Of a DNA stretch of 64,000 nucleotides, positions 38,039-47,055 are shown in pieces. The notes under the pieces are model-generated. The model had not been told where the DNA came from and did no database searches. It was given only the letters and a program-made list of their open reading frames with translations. Position 1 is the first letter of the stretch. Each line of letters opens with the position of its first letter. The translations under genes were made by a program, and so were the position numbers. The DNA is from an uncultured Candidatus Saccharibacteria bacterium (GTDB taxonomy: Bacteria; Patescibacteriota; WWE3; UBA101185; UBA10185), in the NCBI GenBank assembly GCA_964540135.1, contig CAZILK010000002.1:33074-97073 (forward strand), written 5' to 3'.

Positions 38039-38848
38039 TCAAATATGCAAGTGGTTCATGAGTAAAAATCTAACAACCAAAGGACCCATTCCTCCTGGAG
38101 ACGGAGAAACAACTCCTAAATGATCTAAGGAATGATTTAAATTCAAATCTCCAGTCGTTTTGCCATTTAACACAGAGGACCCAAAATCAATTACATTACA
38201 CCCAGATTTAATATCTTGGGGATTAACAAGATTTGGAATCCCAGCACTTAAAATTATTAGGTCATAATCAAGTCTATCTCCAGCGTTGTAATTAATATTA
38301 ATTTCAACAGAGTAACCTTGAGATTTTAAGAAATAACTAGCAGGTTTTCCAACCAATTCTCCATACCCTATAATACAAGCTCTAAGAGGCTCGGCTTTTG
38401 GCGGGAGCATTGTACCCAAGAAGTACCGGACCCCCCGAACTACGGGAGATTCAAACTCACTTACACCTGTATAAAATAGGTTTTTTGACTCTTTACCTAA
38501 AATATCTATATCCTTTGCTTGAGGCAATAAATCAAGCAGTGGGTACAAAGATGAGTCAGGTAGTGGTAGTTGGACTATAATACTACCCACGCTGGCGTCT
38601 TCTGAGAGCTTAAGCAACAGCTGTTTGGTGATCTCAGCATCAGACTGACTTTTATAGTCTAACCTATATAGTCCTGCGGGAATACCGAGTCTTTTACAAA
38701 CTTTGAGCTTTAAAGACACATACTTTTCAGAAGACTCATTGTCCCCTATTTGGATTATTGCGAGTTCTTTTTCTTTAAAAGTTTTAGGGGCATTGAGTAT
38801 CTGTTCTTCTAACTTTTCTGCATGTAACTTACCATCAAACAGGATCAT
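38039..38848 (-). CDS. folD: Bifunctional methylenetetrahydrofolate dehydrogenase/cyclohydrolase
   Basis: 'KYVSLKLKVCKRLGI', 'VQLPLP', 'SPSPGGMGPLVV' FolD motifs. Confidence 0.9.
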   Translation of the reverse strand: MILFDGKLHAEKLEEQILNAPKTFKEKELAIIQIGDNESSEKYVSLKLKVCKRLGIPAGLYRLDYKSQSDAEITKQLLLKLSEDASVGSIIVQLPLPDSSLYPLLDLLPQAKDIDILGKESKNLFYTGVSEFESPVVRGVRYFLGTMLPPKAEPLRACIIGYGELVGKPASYFLKSQGYSVEININYNAGDRLDYDLIILSAGIPNLVNPQDIKSGCNVIDFGSSVLNGKTTGDLNLNHSLDHLGVVSPSPGGMGPLVVRFLLMNHLHI

Positions 38849-38860
38849 GGAAAAATGGTA

Positions 38861-38895
38861 TCAAAAAAAGGGACAATGCGCTAAAAGCGCATTGT
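38861..38895 (-). terminator. Rho-independent terminator (minus strand) 13 nt upstream of the folD start codon
   Basis: Perfect 9-bp stem ACAATGCGC/GCGCATTGT with a 5-nt loop, followed on the minus strand by CCC-TTTTTTT. Confidence 0.7.
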
Positions 38896-39120
38896 GTTGT
38901 TTGAAAAATAAGTTCGTCCCGATGTGGAGTATGAACTGAAATGGATCCCTTTAGGAAACGTGGAGTTCTATTGCAAATTCAAAAGAACCTGCAAAAACTG
39001 AACTCCTAAAATGAGTAACGTCGGGAAACTCATTTGTGTACAGATCAACACTCTCACATCAGGAACCCTTGCGGGTTGACCTAATAGTCCTTTTAAATAT
39101 ACAAAAAACAGGATTAATCG

Positions 39121-39750
39121 TCAAACACCAACACCTAAAAGTTTTATTGATATATCAACAAACGGCTGAATAAGAATGCCTGTTGAACGCGTCACAACAA
39201 GAATAAGTAGTATAAACATCCCGTATTGTTCCATCTGAATCCATTGTACTGCAAGACTTCTTGGTAACAGGCCAAATACTACCTTAAAGCCATCCAAAGG
39301 GTGCACGGGGATTAGATTAAAAAATGCTAAAAATAAATTGAAATAGACCATTAAATATGCAAAAGTAGATAGAGCTGTTATAAAAAGTGCACTTCCCTGC
39401 CCTTCTGAAATTCTAAAGATTACGGCAAATACCCCAGCTATTAGAAGATTTGATAACGGACCTGCAAATGAGATTACGGCTCCATCTCTTCTTGGGTTTT
39501 TAAGATTGTATGGATTAAAAGGTACTGGTTTTCCCCACCCAAAGCCAACGACAAGAAGAAGTAGAGTTCCAAAAGGGTCAAGATGTTTTAACGGATTAAG
39601 TGTTAGCCTGCCTAGGTCTTTTGCTGTGTTATCACCTAAAAGGTGGGCTGAAAACGCATGAGCAAACTCATGGATAGACAAAGAAATAACTAAACATGAA
39701 AAAAGAAGCCCAAACATTATTGGGTTTTCACTTAGCGTCTGAAGTAACAT
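39121..39750 (-). CDS. Site-2 protease family (M50) zinc metalloprotease, SpoIVFB-like without PDZ
   Basis: 'HEFAHA' HExxH in a TM helix and a downstream 'HPLDG' motif. About 6 TM segments. Confidence 0.7.
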   Translation of the reverse strand: MLLQTLSENPIMFGLLFSCLVISLSIHEFAHAFSAHLLGDNTAKDLGRLTLNPLKHLDPFGTLLLLVVGFGWGKPVPFNPYNLKNPRRDGAVISFAGPLSNLLIAGVFAVIFRISEGQGSALFITALSTFAYLMVYFNLFLAFFNLIPVHPLDGFKVVFGLLPRSLAVQWIQMEQYGMFILLILVVTRSTGILIQPFVDISIKLLGVGV

Positions 39751-39867
39751 ATCCAGTAGTATAGCTCAAAGACTCTGCCTGGTAAAACATAGGCCTAACA
39801 GCTGTAAACACTTTCGTACTACAACAAACTACTACAACTTTTTTAAATAGGGTGCTAAAATCCGCTA

Positions 39868-40041
39868 GTGATAAAGTTTTTACAATCATCTTATGACGAA
39901 CTTAAACTTGTAAGCTGGCCGACAAGAGCTGAGGCAACTAGGCTTTGCCTTATTATTGCAGGTATGAGTATTTTTATAAGTTTATTTGTAGCGGGAGCAG
40001 ATTTTGTGTATACTAAGCTGCTCGAATTAATTATTAACTAA
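39868..40041 (+). CDS. secE: Preprotein translocase subunit SecE (missed by the ORF track, GTG start)
   Basis: Translation '...FLQSSYDELKLVSWPTRAEATRLCLIIAGMSIFISLFVAGADFVYTKLLELI' matches the SecE C-terminal signature (EL+KV.WP...) and TM helix. It sits directly upstream of nusG as in most bacteria. Confidence 0.55.
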   Translation: MIKFLQSSYDELKLVSWPTRAEATRLCLIIAGMSIFISLFVAGADFVYTKLLELIIN

Positions 40042-40076
40042 AGTACTAGCTTTTTAGTACTTAACCAAGCAAAAAA

Positions 40077-40682
40077 ATGACAAAAACAACTGATCTAGAA
40101 AGCACAAAAGGCCAAATACTTAAAGACAGTATTATTGAAATATCAGACAAAGTCACAGATAGTGCAAAGTGGTATGTAATACATACTTACTCTGGTCATG
40201 AAAAAAAAGTAGCTTTAACTTTAAAACAAAGAATAGAAGCTTTGGGTCTTCTTGATAAGGTATTTAAAGTAATGATCCCAACACAAGAAAAAATCGTTGT
40301 ATCTGAAGGTAAAAAACGAAAAGTAGAAGAACGAATATATCCAGGATACGTTCTTGTTCAAATGGACCTCAATGACGATGTATGGTACGTAGTCCGCTCA
40401 ACTAGAGGTGTTACTGGCTTTGTAGGTACAGGAACAAACCCTGCTCCTATTGCTGAGGTTGAGGTTCAAACACTTATGAAAGTTATGAGTATGGATTCAC
40501 CAAAATTTGAAACCAAGTTTTCTGAAGGCGATGCAGTTAAAATTATTGAAGGTCCTTTTGCAGACTTTTTAGGTAAGATTGACGAAGTTAACGAAGAACA
40601 AGGCAAGCTTAAGGTTTTAGTATCTGTTTTTGGTCGTGAAACACCAGTTGAGCTTGACTTTACCCAGGTAAAAAGCTTATAA
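40077..40682 (+). CDS. nusG: Transcription termination/antitermination factor NusG
   Basis: NGN domain 'WYVIHTYSGHEKKV' and C-terminal KOW 'FSEGDAVKIIEGPFADFLGKI'. Confidence 0.9.
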   Translation: MTKTTDLESTKGQILKDSIIEISDKVTDSAKWYVIHTYSGHEKKVALTLKQRIEALGLLDKVFKVMIPTQEKIVVSEGKKRKVEERIYPGYVLVQMDLNDDVWYVVRSTRGVTGFVGTGTNPAPIAEVEVQTLMKVMSMDSPKFETKFSEGDAVKIIEGPFADFLGKIDEVNEEQGKLKVLVSVFGRETPVELDFTQVKSL

Positions 40683-40691
40683 CAATTCAAC

Positions 40692-41135
40692 ATGGCTGAC
40701 GTAATTAAAAAAACTAAAAAAATAAAAGCTATTATTAAGCTAAACGTACCGGCAGGACAAGCAACACCTGCTCCACCGGTAGGACCGGCGCTTGGTCAAC
40801 ACGGCGTACCTCTAATGGAGTTTTGTAAGGAATACAATGCTCGTACCCAAAAACAATCAGGCAGCATTATTCCTGTTGTTATAACAGTTTACGAAGATAG
40901 ATCATTCAGCTTTATTACAAAAACACCGCTAACATCAGATCTTATTAAAAAGGCGCTTGGCATTAAGTCCGGATCAGCAGTTCCTAACAAAAATAAAGTA
41001 GGAAAACTAAGTAAAGCTCAAATTGAAGAGATTGCTAATGCTAAAATGGTTGATTTAAACGCAAGAGACCTAGCAGAGGCTGTCAAAGTTGTTGCTGGTA
41101 CTGCCAGATCAATGGGTGTTGAGGTGGAAAAATAA
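40692..41135 (+). CDS. rplK: 50S ribosomal protein L11
   Basis: '[20 protein letters not shown]' L11 signature. Confidence 0.9.
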   Translation: MADVIKKTKKIKAIIKLNVPAGQATPAPPVGPALGQHGVPLMEFCKEYNARTQKQSGSIIPVVITVYEDRSFSFITKTPLTSDLIKKALGIKSGSAVPNKNKVGKLSKAQIEEIANAKMVDLNARDLAEAVKVVAGTARSMGVEVEK

Positions 41136-41136
41136 C

Positions 41137-41820
41137 ATGAAAGAATCAGAAGTTAAGAAAAAACAACAAGGTAAAAAAGTCGTTAAGACTCCCCTATCTG
41201 TTACTGATGCTATTACTCAAGCTGTTAAGGCATCTAAAACAAAGTTCCCGGCAACAGTTGAAGCTCATTTTAACTTCAATCTTGATGTTACAAAAGCTGA
41301 CCAAACAATCAGAACAACTACAGTTTTACCAAACGGAACAGGTAAAACAGTTAAGATTGCTGTTTTTGCTTCAAAATCAGTTCCTGAGGCAGATCTTGAA
41401 CTCAGTGAAGATGATTTGCCAAAGATTTTATCCGGAGCTATCAAACCACATGTAGATTTTGATTTCTTAGTTTCTGAACCAAGATATATGCCTAAACTTG
41501 CAACCGTTGCAAGAACTCTAGGGCCTGCAGGAGTGATGCCAAATCCTAAAAACGGAACAGTTAGTGATAACCCTGCTGAGGCTGTTAAAAAGCTACGACA
41601 AGGTCAGGTAGAGCTTAAAAACGAACAAAACCAAGCTGTAATCCATACTGTTATTGGGAAAACAAGTTTCACACAAGAACAACTTGAAGAAAACTTTGCA
41701 GAAGTTCTCTCAACACTTAAGCAAAATAAGCCCGTCAAAGCAAAACCAGGCTGGATTAAATCCTGTTTTATAACAACAACCATGGGACCAAGCTTCTCAG
41801 TTAACCTCCTTGAACTCTAA
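41137..41820 (+). CDS. rplA: 50S ribosomal protein L1
   Basis: L1 fold motifs ('FPATVEAHFNF', 'GKTVKIAVFA'). The ATG is preceded by a GAGGTGG SD. The ORF-track start lies upstream, inside rplK. Confidence 0.9.
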   Translation: MKESEVKKKQQGKKVVKTPLSVTDAITQAVKASKTKFPATVEAHFNFNLDVTKADQTIRTTTVLPNGTGKTVKIAVFASKSVPEADLELSEDDLPKILSGAIKPHVDFDFLVSEPRYMPKLATVARTLGPAGVMPNPKNGTVSDNPAEAVKKLRQGQVELKNEQNQAVIHTVIGKTSFTQEQLEENFAEVLSTLKQNKPVKAKPGWIKSCFITTTMGPSFSVNLLEL

Positions 41821-42310
41821 TCCCACTCTTTTTAGACAATATACGCTAAAGTAAAGCAAAAACTTGACAGTTTTAAAACTCGGAACTAATATTTTGGCAT
41901 GGAAAAACCAATCACAAGCCTAACCGATCTCATTGTACTTTTAACTAATATCACCACAGTAGCTTGCAACGTTTTTAATTCCACTTGGCGCCCTGCCCGC
42001 CCTCATCTCTCTAATAGTATATTTTCTAAGCAGTAACCCAAACACAAAGAAAACTACAAAGAGGATTGTATTTGCGTATCTCCTTGTATTCCCAGTTATG
42101 ATCGCATTTATAACCCTAAGAGTTATAGTGTTGAATATAGTCAAATAGACCTTAATTAAGTGGTAATTGACAACCGCCTCCCCTTCCTTTAAACTGACCT
42201 ACAGCCAAAGACAGCAAGGGCGAAAGCTTAATTATCTTGCCGAGGTAAAATACAGTTCGTGTTTTAACTCACCTTTGGTGGGTTTTTTTAATTGGATTTA
42301 AGGAGATCGT
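41821..42310 (+). promoter_or_regulatory. Long rplA-rplJ intergenic region, putative L10(L12) autoregulatory leader
   Basis: A 490-nt untranslated spacer ends in a strong SD (AAGGAGA) before rplJ. Many bacteria carry an L10-leader RNA here. The structure was not verified. Confidence 0.35.
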
Positions 42311-42838
42311 ATGCCAAATATTAAAAATACAGATATAGTCCAAGGACTTGAGAAAAAGCTTACAGGCAGTACTGGCGTTCTTGTTGCAGCCTATTCTGGC
42401 GTTAATGCAAATAGCTTTAACAAACTAAGAGACGCTATTGCGGGGGCTTCAGGCTATACAGAAGTTGCTAAAAACACACTTATGAAAATAGCATTGAAAG
42501 AAACAGGACTTCATAATGCCGACTTAGATATGTTCTTAAAAGAACAAACAGTTACAGTAATCTGTACTGGTGATCCTTTTGCTATGCTCAAAAGGCTCTA
42601 TGATTTCTCAAAAGAAAATGAAAAGTTTGTTGTCAAAGCGGGGCTTATGGACAACATGGTTTATACAGGAGCCCAGTTGGAAGCAATAAGCAAGCTTCCA
42701 AGCAAAGAAGTGCTTATTGCCAAGATGATCGGTGGACTAATCTCCCCTATCTACGGAATAGTAAATGTTTTAAGTGGACCGCATAGAAACTTTGTATATG
42801 CGCTATCCGCTATCGCTACAAAAAAGGAGGTAGCATAA
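42311..42838 (+). CDS. rplJ: 50S ribosomal protein L10
   Basis: 175 aa with typical L10 N-terminal region. Immediately followed by rplL. Confidence 0.9.
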   Translation: MPNIKNTDIVQGLEKKLTGSTGVLVAAYSGVNANSFNKLRDAIAGASGYTEVAKNTLMKIALKETGLHNADLDMFLKEQTVTVICTGDPFAMLKRLYDFSKENEKFVVKAGLMDNMVYTGAQLEAISKLPSKEVLIAKMIGGLISPIYGIVNVLSGPHRNFVYALSAIATKKEVA

Positions 42839-42839
42839 C

Positions 42840-43241
42840 ATGACAGACGTAAAACTATCCGCAACAGCTGAGAAAGTAATGGAAATGGTCGAAAAAATGA
42901 CCGTTTTAGAGCTAAATGACTTAGTCAAAGCTTTAGAAGAAAAGTTTGGAGTATCAGCAAGTGCTCCTATGATGATGGGGGCTCAAGGAGCCGCACCAGC
43001 AGCTGACGCTGCACCGGTTGAAGAAAAAACCGAGTATGATGTAGTACTTGCAGACGCAGGCGCAAATAAGCTTGCAGTTATCAAGGTAGTTCGAGAACTC
43101 AACCAGACACTCGGTCTTGTTGAAGCCAAGAACCTTGTTGAAGCAGCACCAAAAACAATCTTAGAAGGTGCTAAAAAAGACGCAGCAGATCAGGCTAAGA
43201 AAAAGCTTGAAGAAGCTGGTGCTAAAGTAGAGTTAAAATAA
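42840..43241 (+). CDS. rplL: 50S ribosomal protein L7/L12
   Basis: N-terminal dimerisation helix, Ala/Pro hinge '[14 protein letters not shown]', and C-terminal '[29 protein letters not shown]'. Confidence 0.9.
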   Translation: MTDVKLSATAEKVMEMVEKMTVLELNDLVKALEEKFGVSASAPMMMGAQGAAPAADAAPVEEKTEYDVVLADAGANKLAVIKVVRELNQTLGLVEAKNLVEAAPKTILEGAKKDAADQAKKKLEEAGAKVELK

Positions 43242-43266
43242 CTCGCTTTTAAGTTGTAATCAAAGC

Positions 43267-43297
43267 AAAAAGCTCCCTTTGGGAGCTTTTTGTGTTT
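43267..43297 (+). terminator. Rho-independent terminator after rplL
   Basis: GC-rich inverted repeat AAAGCTCCC-TTTG-GGGAGCTTT followed by TTTTGTGTTT. Confidence 0.8.
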
Positions 43298-43358
43298 CTA
43301 GATATAAAGTTATATATCGCACTTAGATTATTAATATTTGATATACTTCAAAGCAGAT

Positions 43359-44315
43359 ATGTTTAGTACCATTTACCAGATTGCAAGGACAGCACGACCC
43401 CGTCAGTGGCTTAAAAACGCCAGTTTATTTGCAGCTCCACTATTTGCAGGAGCACTCAGTAACCCCGAAACACTGAGTCTTAGTTTTAGAGCACTATTTG
43501 TGTTCTGCTTAATAGCCTCAGCAGGATATTTTATTAATGACATTGTCGATGCACCAAAAGACAGAATGCATCCTGTTAAGAAAAATAGACCAATAGCCTC
43601 GGGCAAGCTTAAGATGTCTACAGCTCTTCTTATAGTAATCTTGTTAGTTATCTTTGGCTTATTTTATTCCGTTTCATACATTGGCACATATTTCACGGTT
43701 GTTGTTCTAGCATATATTGTCATACAGCTTGTGTATTCTTTTTACCTCCGAGATGTCATTATTTTAGATGCTATGGTTGTAGCATCACTTTTCATAGTTA
43801 GAGTTTTTGCAGGAGGACTTGCTGCAGAAGTCTCTGTCTCATCATGGCTTATATTGACAACTATTGGTTTGGCTTTACTACTGGCTTTTGGTAAAAGAAG
43901 GTCAGAAAAAACCATTCTTAAAAAATATGATGCTGGAAATGATGCGGGTAAAGAGACACGTAAAACCTTAAGACACTACCCCGATAGCCTACTCGATAGT
44001 ATGATTTCTATGTCAGCTGCTTTTTGCATCATAACCTATGCTCTTTTCACATTCCAGATCTCGCCTACCGGTTTTTACAGCCCATCTCTTTCATCTATCT
44101 TGCCGTCAATACTTAGAACACCAAAGCTCATGATGCTAACAATTCCTCTTGTAATTTATGGGGTAGCAAGATATCTATATGTAATTTATGAAAAAAATGA
44201 AGGAGAATCTCCCGAACGAGTACTTCTATCAGATAAAGCGTTATTAACCTCTGTGATTCTTTGGGTTCTAGTGACAGTTGTTGTCATATATATACTGCCT
44301 GTGATAGCGGGGTAA
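43359..44315 (+). CDS. UbiA-family prenyltransferase, decaprenyl-phosphate phosphoribosyltransferase (DPPR synthase)-like
   Basis: 'NDIVDAPKDRMHPVKKNRPIASGKL' closely matches the DPPR-synthase-type NDxxDxxxDRxHPxKxxRPIAxG motif. About 8 TM helices. Confidence 0.7.
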   Translation: MFSTIYQIARTARPRQWLKNASLFAAPLFAGALSNPETLSLSFRALFVFCLIASAGYFINDIVDAPKDRMHPVKKNRPIASGKLKMSTALLIVILLVIFGLFYSVSYIGTYFTVVVLAYIVIQLVYSFYLRDVIILDAMVVASLFIVRVFAGGLAAEVSVSSWLILTTIGLALLLAFGKRRSEKTILKKYDAGNDAGKETRKTLRHYPDSLLDSMISMSAAFCIITYALFTFQISPTGFYSPSLSSILPSILRTPKLMMLTIPLVIYGVARYLYVIYEKNEGESPERVLLSDKALLTSVILWVLVTVVVIYILPVIAG

Positions 44316-44318
44316 ATT

Positions 44319-46994
44319 CTACTGTAAAATTGTGCTATAAAAGTCAGCTTGATACGCAAATCTATTCGATACCTCCGTCCCTTCGTTTAGAAAACCTGTA
44401 CTGTAATCAGGCCCTGCGGGACTAAGCTCTTGCAGTGAGATCCTATCAATGTAGAAGATGTCTCCAACAAAGCCGTTTAATGAAAACATTAATCTGACCG
44501 CAGAAACACCTTCTGCACTGGAATCAAAGCTGATTACTCCGGTATGTTCTTTCCAGTCAGGCTTAATATCCACGTTATATTTAACTTGAGTTAGCATCTG
44601 GTAAGGAAATGCTGAATTTGATAAGGATACATCTAAGTCAGAGCCAAGGTCGGATTTTGCCCAAAAACTCAGCTTATATTTAACGCCTGGTTTTAGCGCA
44701 AGCCGGTTCTGATAAAGCTCAATTGTGCCTTTTTGAGGCAGTTTGCTAATCTTCAGACTTAGTATCTTACCGCTGACAGCATCCGCACTACCTGCAGATT
44801 CTCCAACTGAGACCGCCCCATCAACCCCAGTCTTGATATACCAGTCTTTGGGCATACCCTTTTCAGTTTTCCCAAGCTCAAAATTGCCGTTTTTTAGCAA
44901 GTTTGTAGCTTCTAAATTATATGCCTCTGGATCATAATTTCCAAAAGATGCGTAATCTAGGTCTGTAGGAGTTTCCTCAGGCATCTCGTAAAGGTTATCT
45001 GGGTACGGGTCTTCGTAGGCTAAGTCATAGGACTCATAGTCTTGATATAAAAGATCCTCTTCTGAATAATCTGAAGGAACATACACCTGGTCTTCATATT
45101 CCTCATACTCTTCATATGTAGAATCCTCATACTCTTGGTATTCGTATTGCTCTTCTTCCGGGTCCGTTGGCGGAGTCGTATACTCTGGCACATCAGACGT
45201 TTCGTATTCAACAATCTCATCCTCTTGAGGTATATCGTACGCTGGATCCTCAACTTCAGGGTCACCGATAGGCGGTGTCGGATCCTCAACATCAGCAGGA
45301 AGGTTTTCATCTGATACAGGTAATGTAACCACCGGAACATATGCAAGTGCACCAGGGTCATTTGTAGGACCTCTTACAACTCCTTTATAATCAGTATCAA
45401 GACCAGTAAGCGGCAAAGCCAACGCCCCCTTGCCTATAACGCTCGATCCAGCTGCATATTCAAAGCCAGAGGTTGATAATGAATTAACATCAATAACTCC
45501 AAACGGAGCGGCCAACTTCGGATCTTCAACAACAAATCCATTATTCACAAGACTTTTAGAAACGGCCGGAAAGACATAGTTTGACTTAATAGTTGAAGCA
45601 GGGTTTGGCAGCAACCCAACTACTGATCTTACCGTTGAATCTTTTTGGAGAACAATATTATTTGCAAAAGTTAGTGCTTCTATATCAGAACCAATCAGAA
45701 GAACTGATCTTGCAGACATGTTCTTTCGAAGCCTTGACCTGGCATTTACAAATGTATTGTTCACGACATTAAAATCTTTAAGCTTTGCGCGCTGAGCATA
45801 CATTGCGATGTTTGTACTACATCCATAGACTATGTTATTTGTAAATGTTGTGCCTATATAATTAGGGCTTGCAGCAACCGCATCACTGACACCTGAAATA
45901 TAAACACCGGTGGGATAATCTCTTTGGGTCAGATTCTTAACTGATGACAACCGGGCACTAACGTTCTCAAGACATGCTACAAAGTTTTTATTTATAACCG
46001 TGGCGCTTGGATTCTTAACGTTGAGATTATCTTTTAAGTTATCGTGAAATAAGTTATCCTCAAGCGTTAAAGCGGTTGCTCCATCACTATATAAGCCAAA
46101 TCCTAAATTTTTTGAAATAATCGAGTTTTTAACTGATACAGTATTAAGCGCATTACCGTTTAACTGAAGCCCGGCGCCAACTGCAAGCGAATTAATCTTG
46201 ATAGCAGCGTTATTGTCTTGAAACCTTGAGTTTAAGATCTGGGTATTAGATGTTGTTTTCCCAACACAAGTTGCCGAATCAAGACAAGTACTCCCCACAA
46301 CTGCACCAAAAAAGTTGTTATTTGATGCTACAACCGACGACAAAGTAATATTCTCAGAGTTTAATAGTCCAATACCACTGCCCGCAGACTCGGTAACAGT
46401 AACACCAACTATGTCTGTGAATTTAGCGCCTGAAATAGTAACTAAAAAAGTAGAGCTACAATTTGCAAGTGTAGCTTTTGTTCTGTTGTTAGTACCTCTT
46501 AGACTAGAAACTTTAGTACAAGTACCGACGGGAGCTGTGAAGTTTTTCCCGCTAATATTAACAACTCCCACGCCATCATAACCACCAATCCTAATTTTGG
46601 ACTCAGCAGTACCAACTGTTGAAACAGTTAGTACTTCGTTGTAAGTACCACTTCCGATACACAAGGCTTCCCCAGGTACTAGAGTGGATATTCCTTTTGC
46701 TATGGTTTTAAATGAAGCAGTGGGAGCTAAACCAGTGTTGGTATCATTTCCAGTGAGTGATACATATTTTGAACAATCAGCCAAAGGAATCAATGTCTCA
46801 TCTGAACTTGTTGTTACCGCCAAACCAAGAGTTTGTTCTGTACTAGAAGAACTACCCTGCTCCGGTATATCAAAAATTTCTTGCGCAAATACTAATTTTG
46901 GAAATAAAAAAGTAAAAACACTTATTAAAATTAGGCAGGAAATGAGTTTTCTCACTGTAAAAAGTATAGATAACCTTGTAAGTTTTAGCAACAA
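44319..46994 (-). CDS. Large secreted cell-surface protein: signal peptide, right-handed parallel beta-helix repeats, acidic Tyr/Glu-rich low-complexity linker, and a C-terminal CBM4/9/22-like carbohydrate-binding module
   Basis: Signal peptide '...KLVFAQE'. Repeated 'N-x-x-x-x-N/SG' beta-helix turns ('NNNFFGAVVGS', 'NSRFQDNNAAIKINS'). The low-complexity run is 'EEEQYEYQEYEDSTYEEYEEYEDQVYVPSDY'. The C-terminal 'NLLKNGNFELG...W' start is typical of CBM_4_9. Confidence 0.55.
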   Translation of the reverse strand: MLLKLTRLSILFTVRKLISCLILISVFTFLFPKLVFAQEIFDIPEQGSSSSTEQTLGLAVTTSSDETLIPLADCSKYVSLTGNDTNTGLAPTASFKTIAKGISTLVPGEALCIGSGTYNEVLTVSTVGTAESKIRIGGYDGVGVVNISGKNFTAPVGTCTKVSSLRGTNNRTKATLANCSSTFLVTISGAKFTDIVGVTVTESAGSGIGLLNSENITLSSVVASNNNFFGAVVGSTCLDSATCVGKTTSNTQILNSRFQDNNAAIKINSLAVGAGLQLNGNALNTVSVKNSIISKNLGFGLYSDGATALTLEDNLFHDNLKDNLNVKNPSATVINKNFVACLENVSARLSSVKNLTQRDYPTGVYISGVSDAVAASPNYIGTTFTNNIVYGCSTNIAMYAQRAKLKDFNVVNNTFVNARSRLRKNMSARSVLLIGSDIEALTFANNIVLQKDSTVRSVVGLLPNPASTIKSNYVFPAVSKSLVNNGFVVEDPKLAAPFGVIDVNSLSTSGFEYAAGSSVIGKGALALPLTGLDTDYKGVVRGPTNDPGALAYVPVVTLPVSDENLPADVEDPTPPIGDPEVEDPAYDIPQEDEIVEYETSDVPEYTTPPTDPEEEQYEYQEYEDSTYEEYEEYEDQVYVPSDYSEEDLLYQDYESYDLAYEDPYPDNLYEMPEETPTDLDYASFGNYDPEAYNLEATNLLKNGNFELGKTEKGMPKDWYIKTGVDGAVSVGESAGSADAVSGKILSLKISKLPQKGTIELYQNRLALKPGVKYKLSFWAKSDLGSDLDVSLSNSAFPYQMLTQVKYNVDIKPDWKEHTGVISFDSSAEGVSAVRLMFSLNGFVGDIFYIDRISLQELSPAGPDYSTGFLNEGTEVSNRFAYQADFYSTILQ

Positions 46995-47055
46995 TTACGG
47001 GTAATAAATATGCGCAAGGAGCGAGCGTCTTAGCTATATTGCCTTTGCAACAACA

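Noticed and set aside
38896-39120. ZTP (pfl) riboswitch or small SRP RNA in the folD leader
   Set aside because: I scanned the minus-strand transcript for the conserved ZTP boxes (UGACUGGCG / CCGCCUGGGC) and for SRP domain-IV (GGUCAGG...GGAA...AGCAGCC). Neither is present. Only a generic GNRA hairpin was seen. It is kept as an unclassified candidate leader rather than a named RNA family.
41941-42144. 67-aa minus-strand ORF within the rplA-rplJ spacer
   Set aside because: It lies antisense in the presumed L10 leader region. No motif and no plausible start context. More likely non-coding leader sequence.
45020-45361. 113-aa minus-strand ORF rich in Arg/Met/Leu
   Set aside because: Alternative frame of the acidic Tyr/Glu low-complexity segment of the large beta-helix protein. 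A compositional artefact.
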